From Eubacteriales bacterium (lineage in GTDB: Bacteria; Bacillota; Clostridia; Oscillospirales; CAG-272): DNA of 53,895 nucleotides. Below the pieces are notes generated by a model. It was given only the letters and a program-made list of their open reading frames with translations. It did not search any database and was not told the origin of the DNA. Shown piece after piece: positions 45,093 to 52,906 of the stretch (the stretch's first letter is position 1; each line of letters starts with the position of its first letter). The DNA lies in assembly GCA_045586345.1 (NCBI GenBank), contig JAZNAD010000119.1, forward strand, positions 1 through 53,895, read 5' to 3'. A program made the translations under genes and the position numbers.

Positions 45093-45920
45093 TTAGACCG
45101 CCTTTCTGGCAAATTTTTTGAAGACCCAGCCGCGCAGGCGGTTGGGAAGAAGGACCTGGACGATAAAGCGCTTTCCGACATTTTTGATATAGGTCGTGCG
45201 GCCGATGATGCCCTCCTTACGCATATATTTCTGGAGGGCACGCTCGCTCTTGAAGTAGCGGAGGCCGCCGCGGCGGCGGTACATCTCCTTGCCGACACGG
45301 ACATTGACCACGGTCTCGGGTACATTGGCAAAGCGCATACCGGCAAGCGCCATCCGGAGCCAGAGGTAATAGTCCTCCTCGCAATACCAATCGATGAAGC
45401 CGCCGGCGGCCTCGACCATCGACTTGCGGAACATGACGGTGACGAGATTCATGGGGCAACGGGTCTTCATATACTCCTTGATCTCGGCATCGGTCGCCGG
45501 CACCTCGCGCCGACCGACAAGATTCTCTTCCTCGCCGACAAACTCGGTGATGTTCCCACCGACAATGGCAAGGGTAGGGTCGGCTTCAAGGGCGGCGAGC
45601 TGAAGACGGAAGCGGTCGGGTGCCGCGACGTCATCGGCATCCATAATGGCAACGAGCTCGTTACGGCAGGCCGTAAGACCGGCGCGGCGCGCGTCGCCGT
45701 GGCCGCGGTTTTCGGGAAAGCGGAGCACCCGGAAATCGGGGCGGGCCGAAAAATCGGTAATGACATCCTCAAGGGGCGGCGGCACAGGGCCATCCACCAC
45801 AAGGACGACCTCGTCGGGTGGGGAGGTCTGGTTCAGGATGCTATTGACGGCGGTCCTGAAGTGCGCGGCATCGTCACCGCCGTAGACACACATCGAGACC
45901 GAAAGCTTCGTGTTTTCCAT
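45093..45920 (-). CDS. Glycosyltransferase family 2
   Basis: LSVSMCVYGGDDAAHFRTAVNSILNQT....EVVLVVDGP and AIMDADD (DxD). ATG 45920 lies 6 nt after GAGGTG. Confidence 0.8.
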   Translation of the reverse strand: MENTKLSVSMCVYGGDDAAHFRTAVNSILNQTSPPDEVVLVVDGPVPPPLEDVITDFSARPDFRVLRFPENRGHGDARRAGLTACRNELVAIMDADDVAAPDRFRLQLAALEADPTLAIVGGNITEFVGEEENLVGRREVPATDAEIKEYMKTRCPMNLVTVMFRKSMVEAAGGFIDWYCEEDYYLWLRMALAGMRFANVPETVVNVRVGKEMYRRRGGLRYFKSERALQKYMRKEGIIGRTTYIKNVGKRFIVQVLLPNRLRGWVFKKFARKAV

Positions 45921-45933
45921 TGAGGTCACCTCA

Positions 45934-46707
45934 TCAGATATTCAGAAGCTCGCGGGCTTCCCCCTGGAGAGCGGCATACTGCTCCTCGGTGACCTCCCCA
46001 TGTGCGAGCAGCCAATCGCCGAGGTCCATATCCGTGACGGTCCCCTCGCGGACGGTATCGGCGCGGCCGAGGACCTTGAAGACCGTGCGGAAGAGGATGG
46101 CAATATCCCCGAAGAGGGTGATCCTTTCTATGTAGCGGAGATCCCACTCGAACTTCTCTTCCCAAGTGATATTGTTTCTGCCACTGACCTGCGCAAGGCC
46201 GGTAAGCCCCGGGCGGACACGGTGGCGGTCCCGCTGCTGCTCGGTCATAAAGACCATATCGCGGACGAGCTGAGGGCGCGGACCGACGATCGACATCTGC
46301 CCTATGAAAATGTTGAAAAGCTCGGGGAGCTCGTCAAGCGAGGTCGAGCGCAGGAGACGTCCGTAGCGGGTGAGGCGGACATCGTCCGGCAAAAGATTGC
46401 CGTCCGCATCGCGCTCCATCGTCATACTGCGGAACTTGACAAGGCGGAAGATGCGCTCGCCCTTCCCGGGGCGCGGCTGTGTGAAGAAGGGGTTGCCCTT
46501 CATTTTGATGGCACCGAGGAGGGTAAGGAGAAGCAGAACGGGCGAAAGAACAAGGATCGCAAGCCCCGAAAGCGTAATGTCGTAGAACCTTTTGAAGAAG
46601 GGACGGTAAAGGAGCGCCGACATAAGGACGAGAAGGGCGAGGCCGAGTATCGAAAGCAGAGTGATGCCCCACCACGTGGTGACGATCGCCTCGATCACCG
46701 CGCTCAT
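45934..46707 (-). CDS. Bacterial sugar transferase: small PglC/EpsL-type phosphoglycosyl transferase (priming enzyme)
   Basis: Single N-terminal TM segment. KFRSM, DELPQL-like DELPELFNIFIGQMSIVGPRP, and PGLTGLAQVSGRN. ATGA overlap with the aminotransferase. Confidence 0.85.
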   Translation of the reverse strand: MSAVIEAIVTTWWGITLLSILGLALLVLMSALLYRPFFKRFYDITLSGLAILVLSPVLLLLTLLGAIKMKGNPFFTQPRPGKGERIFRLVKFRSMTMERDADGNLLPDDVRLTRYGRLLRSTSLDELPELFNIFIGQMSIVGPRPQLVRDMVFMTEQQRDRHRVRPGLTGLAQVSGRNNITWEEKFEWDLRYIERITLFGDIAILFRTVFKVLGRADTVREGTVTDMDLGDWLLAHGEVTEEQYAALQGEARELLNI

Positions 46708-47930
46708 GCGAAGCACTCCTTCACGGCTTCAATGATCACATCCTGCTCGGCGGCAGTCATTTTGATGTCCGAGGGCAGGCAGAGGCCACGGTGGAAGATG
46801 TCCGAGGAGGCATCGGAAACGCCGCCCGCTATGTACGCATTTGTTGTGCCCCGCGCGCTCCCCTCTCGCGTGATGAAGGGATGCATACGGAAGAGAGGCT
46901 GCATGTGCATCGGCCTCCAGATCGGGCGGCCCTCGGCCCCGATGGCGGCCAGCGCCTCGAGGATCTCGGTGGGGCAGGACTTACCGTGCTCGGGGAGGAA
47001 GAGAGCCTCGCTGTCGCTCCTCACCTGGCGGCACATGGCATCCCGATCAATGAGAAGGCAGGTGAGCCAGAAGTTCGGCACCATCGTAGCCTCGTCGTAC
47101 GGGTTCATGCTGACGGGGAGCGAGGCAAAGGCCTCGCGGTAGCGGAGATAGATCTCGCGCTTTCTCTCGATGTGCGCGTCAAGGTACGGGAGCTGACCGC
47201 GGACAACGCCCGCAATGACATTGCTCATACGGTAGTTATAGCCGACCTCCTCATGCTGGTACCAGGGTGCCGCCTCACGGCTCTGGGTCGACCACTTGCG
47301 TGCGCGGTTGGCGGCCGCCTCATCGTCGGTCAGGAGCATACCGCCCGACGAGCCCGTGATGATCTTATTCCCGTTGAAGGAGATAACACCGTAGGTGCCG
47401 AACGTCCCCGTCTGCCGGCCGCAGTAGGTAGCGCCGAGCGACTCGGCCGCGTCCTCAATGAGGAGAGCGCCGTGCTTTTCGCAGATAGCCGTGATCTCGG
47501 CCATTTTGGCAGGGGTGCCGTAGAGGTTTGCCAGCATCACGACGCGCGTGCCGGGATACAGAGCAAAGGCACGTTCAAGGGCTTCGGGATCCATATTCCA
47601 GGTGTCGTACTCGGTATCGATGAAAACGGGCGCCCCGCCCTCGTAAAGCACAGGGTTAACGGTGGCAGCAAAGGTCATGTCCGAGGTGAAGACAGGCTCA
47701 CCGCGGCGGAGACCCGCCAGCTTAACAGTCAGGTGCAGAGCCGCCGTGCCGGAGGAAAGCGCCACTGCATGCCGACAGCCGACACGCTCGGCGGCCATGC
47801 GCTCCACCTCATTGATATTCTCGCCGACGGTGGACATCCAGTTGGTCTCGTAAGCCTTTTGCATATAGAGAAGCTCTTCCCCATGCATCGTGGGAGAGGC
47901 AAGGTATACTTTTTTTTCAAGTTTCTTCAT
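46704..47930 (-). CDS. DegT/DnrJ/EryC1/StrS-family sugar aminotransferase (EpsN/PglE-like)
   Basis: SSGTAALHL, DAAESLGA and SFNGNKIITGSSGG (PLP-Lys) motifs. ATG 47930 lies 6 nt after AGGGGTG. Confidence 0.85.
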   Translation of the reverse strand: MKKLEKKVYLASPTMHGEELLYMQKAYETNWMSTVGENINEVERMAAERVGCRHAVALSSGTAALHLTVKLAGLRRGEPVFTSDMTFAATVNPVLYEGGAPVFIDTEYDTWNMDPEALERAFALYPGTRVVMLANLYGTPAKMAEITAICEKHGALLIEDAAESLGATYCGRQTGTFGTYGVISFNGNKIITGSSGGMLLTDDEAAANRARKWSTQSREAAPWYQHEEVGYNYRMSNVIAGVVRGQLPYLDAHIERKREIYLRYREAFASLPVSMNPYDEATMVPNFWLTCLLIDRDAMCRQVRSDSEALFLPEHGKSCPTEILEALAAIGAEGRPIWRPMHMQPLFRMHPFITREGSARGTTNAYIAGGVSDASSDIFHRGLCLPSDIKMTAAEQDVIIEAVKECFA

Positions 47931-47974
47931 AAGACGCACCCCTTGACGGCTTGATTTCAGTGTATACTGAAAAA

Positions 47975-48003
47975 ATTATAACATAATAAAGTATAAATAT
48001 CAA
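47975..48003 (-). promoter_or_regulatory. Consensus SigA promoter of the polysaccharide operon
   Basis: Minus strand reads TTGATA (48003-47998), 17-bp spacer, TATAAT (47980-47975), within an AT-rich intergenic region. Confidence 0.6.
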
Positions 48004-48088
48004 TATTATCTTGAAATCTTTTTTGTCGATACTTGACAAAAAAACACCGTCTTAGGTCGACGGTTCGGCGCGCAAAGCATATAGGGAC

Positions 48089-48117
48089 TTGCTTTTTTGG
48101 GGAGAACGTGGTATACT
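48089..48117 (+). promoter_or_regulatory. SigA-type promoter of the GtrA-family gene (divergent)
   Basis: TTGCTT (48089-48094), 17-bp spacer, TGgTATACT (TATACT 48112-48117). Confidence 0.5.
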
Positions 48118-48235
48118 CTCCATGCTCCTCGGTGCGCTTTGGGCGTTTGGGAGCCGGTTATTTTTAAAAAGGAGCGACCGATGCCGGGAGCTATTACAAG
48201 CCGGGCATCCGACGGCTCACGAAAGGAGTAGCAGA

Positions 48236-48745
48236 ATGAAGGATCACCCGACAGAGGGAAGGACGCGTACCGACATTTTTGACCGCCTGATGGGCCTGCC
48301 CGTTCTGCGGATTTTCGAGCCCTTTTACCGCTCCCACAGGGAGGGGCTGCTTTACCTTTTCTTTGGCGGGGTGACGACCCTCATCGGCCTTGGCAGCTTC
48401 TGGCTGCTCGAAGGCGTCCTTGGCCTTAATTCCCTGCTCGCAAACCCCCTCTCCTGGCTGCTTGCGGTGATCGTAGCCTTCCTCACCAACCGCATTTGGG
48501 TCTTTGACTCCCCGACCGTGGGGGGCGCCGCCTATCTCGTTCAGTTTCTCTCCTTCTGTGCCAGCCGCGTGGCCACCCTTCTCATTGAGGAGGGGATCCT
48601 CTTCACTTTCGTGACGTGGCTTGGCCTTTCCGCCTTCCCTGTGAAGCTCACGGCGAGCGTTGTTGTGGTTCTCCTCAACTACCTCTTCAGCAAGCTGCTC
48701 GTCTTCCGCAAGGGGCATAAAAAGACGAGTGAGGAGGACAAGTGA
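48236..48745 (+). CDS. GtrA family membrane protein
   Basis: ATG 48236 follows AAAGGAG. 4 TM segments, with FGGVTTLIG......L and N.IWVF / NY..SK..VF blocks. Confidence 0.75.
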   Translation: MKDHPTEGRTRTDIFDRLMGLPVLRIFEPFYRSHREGLLYLFFGGVTTLIGLGSFWLLEGVLGLNSLLANPLSWLLAVIVAFLTNRIWVFDSPTVGGAAYLVQFLSFCASRVATLLIEEGILFTFVTWLGLSAFPVKLTASVVVVLLNYLFSKLLVFRKGHKKTSEEDK

Positions 48746-48768
48746 GGAAAAGTATTGTTTACAAAACC

Positions 48769-48808
48769 AAGGATCCCACGCGGAAGCGGCGGGATCCTTT
48801 GCTTTCTT
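48769..48808 (+). terminator. Rho-independent terminator
   Basis: AAGGATCCC/GGGATCCTT stem with an inner CGC-GGAA-GCG hairpin, followed by TTTGCTTTCTT. Confidence 0.55.
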
Positions 48809-48893
48809 GAGCGAATATACACCCATAATATACGGAGAGGGAAATCGGAAAAAAATCCATATCATATGGCAAAAATGCACTTGTGTTTCGGCG

Positions 48894-48923
48894 TTCGCAG
48901 CGGTATACTTGGTATGATATAAT
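48894..48923 (+). promoter_or_regulatory. SigA-type promoter with extended -10
   Basis: TTCGCA (48894-48899), 18-bp spacer, TGaTATAAT (TATAAT 48918-48923). Confidence 0.45.
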
Positions 48924-48943
48924 TTGCTTGTGAGGTACGTACT

Positions 48944-49951
48944 ATGGGCTTTCTGCTCTCGGCCGAAGGGGCCGATGCCAACATCGGCACTTATCTTATC
49001 TACATTATCAACTGCGTGATCGGTGCCGTCGGCGGCATCTGTGTGAAGCAGCACGACAAAAAAACCGCCGACATCCGCGGCGGTACTCATTCCTTCAACA
49101 TGATCTTAGCCCTCGTCTCACTCGTCGAGTTTGCCGTGACCGGGCTGATTGCCACCGGGGGCTTCACGATGCACGGGCCGACCCTCGGCTATGCCGTAAT
49201 GCGCGGCGTTGCGTACATTGTCGGTATGATCGGCTACCTCGAGGCCGTGCGCCACGGGCCGTTGCTTCTTTCGATCATCATCAGCCGTATGGGTCTTGCC
49301 ATCCCGATGATCGTCAGCATCTTCCTCTATGACGAACGGCTCTCGGTCTTAATGGTCGTCGGCGTTGCGCTCCTTTTCCTCGCTCTCTTCCTGTTTAATA
49401 AGAAGGACGACAGCGGTGAAGGTGGCGGCACCTCGACGATCTTCTGGATCTTCGTTACCCTCTCGGCCGTCGGAAACGGCATTGAGGGGCTCGCCACCAA
49501 GATGCAGCAGGAGGCGACCAAGGCCGAATTCGGCGAGGCCTGCTTCAATAGCGAGCTCCTTTTCCTCTCGACCCTCCTTGAGGCGGTCATCTTCCTCGTC
49601 CTGACACTGATCCGACCGCCCCGCCGTGTGAGCGCCTCGGGTGAGCTTGTTCCCCTGCCCGAGAGCAAGAGCGCCCGGGTGCGCGAGTTCTTCGCGCTGT
49701 CGTCGGTCGGCATCGTCTGGGTCGTTTTGTACGCCCTCTCGAACGCAACAAACGCCTTTGTCGGCTCACTCGTCATCAGCAAGTTGCCCGTCATCTTCTA
49801 CTTCATGGCATCAACCGGTATCAGCATCCTCCTGACCTTCCTCATCTCGCGCTTCATTTACCGAGAAAAGCTCCGGCCGGCACAGTACATCGGCGTTGCG
49901 ATCGCAGTCGTTGGCCTGATCCTCCTGAACGACTGGCCGTCGGTGCTTTAA
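48944..49951 (+). CDS. DMT-superfamily (EamA-like) transporter
   Basis: 335 aa with about 10 TM segments in two halves separated by a charged loop (KKDDSGEGGG). Confidence 0.6.
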   Translation: MGFLLSAEGADANIGTYLIYIINCVIGAVGGICVKQHDKKTADIRGGTHSFNMILALVSLVEFAVTGLIATGGFTMHGPTLGYAVMRGVAYIVGMIGYLEAVRHGPLLLSIIISRMGLAIPMIVSIFLYDERLSVLMVVGVALLFLALFLFNKKDDSGEGGGTSTIFWIFVTLSAVGNGIEGLATKMQQEATKAEFGEACFNSELLFLSTLLEAVIFLVLTLIRPPRRVSASGELVPLPESKSARVREFFALSSVGIVWVVLYALSNATNAFVGSLVISKLPVIFYFMASTGISILLTFLISRFIYREKLRPAQYIGVAIAVVGLILLNDWPSVL

Positions 49952-50277
49952 TTCCTCGGCGCGTCCTCGCCGTTCCTGTATTGGCTCGGTGAGAGGCCGC
50001 ATTCGCGCCGGAAAACGCGGGAAAAATAGAGAGGATCGGCATACCCGCACAGGGCGGCCACCTCGCCGACCGGGAGATCGGGGTCAATGAGCAGCTCGCG
50101 CGCCTTGCTCATCCGGAGCGAGGTGATATACCCGGCTGGCGTACAGCCCATCAGCTGGCGGAAGAGAGCGTGATAGCGCGAGGAGCCGAGGCCGTCCATC
50201 GCGGCAAGTGCCTCCTTGTCGATGTCCTCGGTGAAGTGCTCCCGGAGGTAGGAGAGCGACCGGGTCAGCCGTGTCAA
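49948..50277 (-). CDS. AraC-family dual-HTH domain only (5'-truncated remnant or stand-alone MarA/SoxS-like protein)
   Basis: The complete HTH_18 region is present (LAAMDGLGSSRYHALFRQLMGCTPAGYITSLRMSKARELL....LPVGEVAALCGYADPLYFSRVFRRECGLSPSQYR). The only possible start is TTG with no RBS, and an in-frame stop lies 4 codons upstream. Confidence 0.5.
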   Translation of the reverse strand: MTRLTRSLSYLREHFTEDIDKEALAAMDGLGSSRYHALFRQLMGCTPAGYITSLRMSKARELLIDPDLPVGEVAALCGYADPLYFSRVFRRECGLSPSQYRNGEDAPRN

Positions 50278-50295
50278 CAGAAAGGATATTCAGCA

Positions 50296-51870
50296 ATGAA
50301 AAAGGAATTGGCTTTTGAAAAACTGACTCTCGAGCAGAAGCTCGGCATGGTGCTCTGTACCAACGCTCAGGCGCGCTTCTCGGACGGTGAGATCGACAAG
50401 CTTCTCACTATGATCCGCGAGCACCGCCTCGGTGCCGTCTGGGTCAGCCGCGGCGCCCCCCGGCGCGATGAGATCCTCAAGATGATCAATGAGGTGGCCG
50501 ATTATCCCATTCTTATCGTGGGTGACGCCGAGCAGGGCTACGACAAGTATGCCTTCCCCGCCGCCCGCGCTCTCGGTGCGACCGGCTACAATGAGGAGCT
50601 CGCGTATGCCTACGGCCGCGTGACCGGGCACGAGCTCCATTCGCTCGGCTTCAATGCGATGAACGGCCCTGTCATTGACCTGTCGAACGTTTCGATGCGC
50701 CATATGGGCACCGATGCCGAGAAGGTCGCCCGTCTCGGCTGTGCCATTGTACGCGGCCTACACGACTCGGGTATCTTTTCGATCGCCAAGCACTACCCCG
50801 GCCCCGGCGATGCCACGGTCGACACCCATATGCAGGAGGGGCGCAACGATCGCCCGCTCGACGAGCTTGTTTCCTACGACCTTCGCCCCTACCTCCGCAT
50901 GATGGACGAGGGCCTGCTCGACGGTATCATGCCCGGCCACCGTATCATCTCAGCAGTAGATACCGAGCGCCCCGCCTCGCTCTCAAGGAAGGTGATGGCG
51001 CTCCTCCGCGACCGCGGCTGGAAGGGCGTTTCGCTGACCGATGCTCTTTCGATGATGGGCATTGTCTTAAAGTACGGCCGCGAGGATCCCTCAGGCCTTT
51101 GCATTGCCGCCGGCTCCGACCTCGCACTCCCCTGGAACGTCTCCTGCGAGGTGGGCTACCACTACCTGAGGGATGGCTTTGAGCGTGGGCTCTTCACAAT
51201 GGAGGAGCTGGACGAGGCTGTCCGCCACGTCCTCATTGCCCAGCACAAGGTAAACCTTCTTTCGGAGGATATCAAGGAGCCCTCGGAGCGAGACTTTACC
51301 GACTTTGACCGCATTGCGCGCGACTGCGTATCGGCACATTACGCCGAGGGAGTCACGCATGCCATTCCGAAGGACGGCAGGCATCTCTTTGTCATTCTCT
51401 CCGAGCGCAACCTGAAGGCCGAGGAGCCCGCGCCCGACGCACCGCCCTTTGCCAACGAATGGTTTTATCCGCACCGCGTACAGGATATGGTGAAGGAGCT
51501 GTTCCCGAGCTCCTATTGCACCTTCCTTCCCGAGTATCCCGATGCCAGCACCAACATCCGTCTTTTCGATAAGCAGGTGCCCTACGACAGCGTTATCTAT
51601 ATCACCTCGCACCGGATGCAGGCCTACCTCGGGCGCGACTGCCTCACCGAACGCGTGCTTGCCGTTATGCGCGGTCTTCAATCGACCAACCGTATTGCGG
51701 CCGTCCTGCACTTTGGCAATCCTCACGTGATGGACGATGTGCCGCGCTGTGACCGCTTCATTCTCGGCTACACGGCCGAGGGGTGCGTCCGCCACGCCCT
51801 CCGTGTTCTTGCCGGCGACTGCGAGGCCACCGGCACCATACCGTACGAGAACGTCATTCTCCGCCAGTAG
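50296..51870 (+). CDS. Glycoside hydrolase family 3 (NagZ/beta-hexosaminidase-like N-domain)
   Basis: ATG 50296 follows AAAGGA. LTLEQKLGMVL and KHYPGPGDATVDTHM (compare KHFPGHG..DSH) motifs. 524 aa. Confidence 0.75.
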   Translation: MKKELAFEKLTLEQKLGMVLCTNAQARFSDGEIDKLLTMIREHRLGAVWVSRGAPRRDEILKMINEVADYPILIVGDAEQGYDKYAFPAARALGATGYNEELAYAYGRVTGHELHSLGFNAMNGPVIDLSNVSMRHMGTDAEKVARLGCAIVRGLHDSGIFSIAKHYPGPGDATVDTHMQEGRNDRPLDELVSYDLRPYLRMMDEGLLDGIMPGHRIISAVDTERPASLSRKVMALLRDRGWKGVSLTDALSMMGIVLKYGREDPSGLCIAAGSDLALPWNVSCEVGYHYLRDGFERGLFTMEELDEAVRHVLIAQHKVNLLSEDIKEPSERDFTDFDRIARDCVSAHYAEGVTHAIPKDGRHLFVILSERNLKAEEPAPDAPPFANEWFYPHRVQDMVKELFPSSYCTFLPEYPDASTNIRLFDKQVPYDSVIYITSHRMQAYLGRDCLTERVLAVMRGLQSTNRIAAVLHFGNPHVMDDVPRCDRFILGYTAEGCVRHALRVLAGDCEATGTIPYENVILRQ

Positions 51871-51961
51871 GATTGGCTTTTGAGGAGAATGCACCGGAAC
51901 GGTCCTCCCGCATGTCTTGGTCGACAGTCACGATTTTGCGCGGTGATTTTAAACGAAATAT

Positions 51962-52246
51962 GTGGCGAAGCATTTTTTGCCGTGGGTCACGACCTGCGAG
52001 GTCAAGAAGGGGCTGAGCCGCAACAAGGCTATGCTCTCGGAAGCGAGCCGGGCGCATCGACTGATTGCCGAGAAAACGAGGGAGGCAATCGCCGGGATCT
52101 CCGAGTGCCACCTTTTCCAAGTCGCGACTCCGATGACGGTACGCCTTTTGGCCAAGGACAGCCAGTATCCCGACCGCACCTTTGAAAGCCGGACCGTGGA
52201 GGAAGCGCTCAGTGAATCCTGGAAGTATTACCGCAAGCCGGAATAA
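51962..52246 (+). pseudogene. Possible 3' remnant of an M55 (DppA-type D-aminopeptidase) gene
   Basis: 94 codons. FLPWVTTCEVKKGLSRNKAMLSEASRAHRLIAEKTREAI resembles the C-terminal third of DppA-like proteins. The GTG 'start' has no RBS and there is no room for the N-terminal ~170 aa. Confidence 0.3.
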
Positions 52247-52286
52247 AACGAACGTCTAAAAGCGTAATGCCTTGTTTGCAAAAAAG

Positions 52287-52316
52287 AAAAAAGAGATACA
52301 TCCGTATCTCTTTTTT
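52287..52316. terminator. Bidirectional terminator (recX 3' end)
   Basis: A6-GAGATAC-ATCC-GTATCTC-T6. Confidence 0.75.
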
Positions 52317-52321
52317 CTTTT

Positions 52322-52897
52322 TCAGAAACCATAGCGGTAGAGGAACGCCTTCTTCTTTTCCGGCGGCTCGCCGTGAAGGCGGCCCTCAAGAAGACGGCGG
52401 CGGGAGGCGGCAAAGTCGATCTCGCCGGCCTCGGTAAGGCGACCGAGAACTTCTTCGACGTCTGAGCGAGAGAAGCCCTTAGCGGCAAGTGCCTCGGTGA
52501 TGCGGCGCGGCCCCCAGAGCTTACGGGCGGCGGCGAGGACAGAACGCTCGAGGAGATCGTCCTCGCGGAGGTAGCCGCGGCGAATGGCTACGGCGACGGC
52601 GCCCTCGGCGGCCGCGGTGGAAAAGCCGCGGGCGCGGAGCTTGCGGCAAAGGGCCGCAGCGGTGTTATCAGCGAAGGAGAGGATGCGCACGGCGGCGCTG
52701 TACGCGCGGTGCGCCTCGTCCATCGAAAGCAGGCATTCTTCGCGCTCACCGTCAAGGACGTCGCCGACGGCGGGGCGGCCAAGGGCCGCGTATTCGCCCT
52801 CGGTGATGCCATACTTAGCGGTATCGCCCGCATCGGTCACGGCGGTGATAAGGACGGGGACGGTCTTGGTCTTCCCGACCGCAAGAAGGGTCAGCAT
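52322..52897 (-). CDS. recX: Recombination regulator RecX
   Basis: 191 aa, located 9 nt downstream of recA. Helical repeat pattern with ..L..RGFS....E.V and GY..D. Confidence 0.75.
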   Translation of the reverse strand: MLTLLAVGKTKTVPVLITAVTDAGDTAKYGITEGEYAALGRPAVGDVLDGEREECLLSMDEAHRAYSAAVRILSFADNTAAALCRKLRARGFSTAAAEGAVAVAIRRGYLREDDLLERSVLAAARKLWGPRRITEALAAKGFSRSDVEEVLGRLTEAGEIDFAASRRRLLEGRLHGEPPEKKKAFLYRYGF

Positions 52898-52906
52898 AGG
52901 AGCGAC

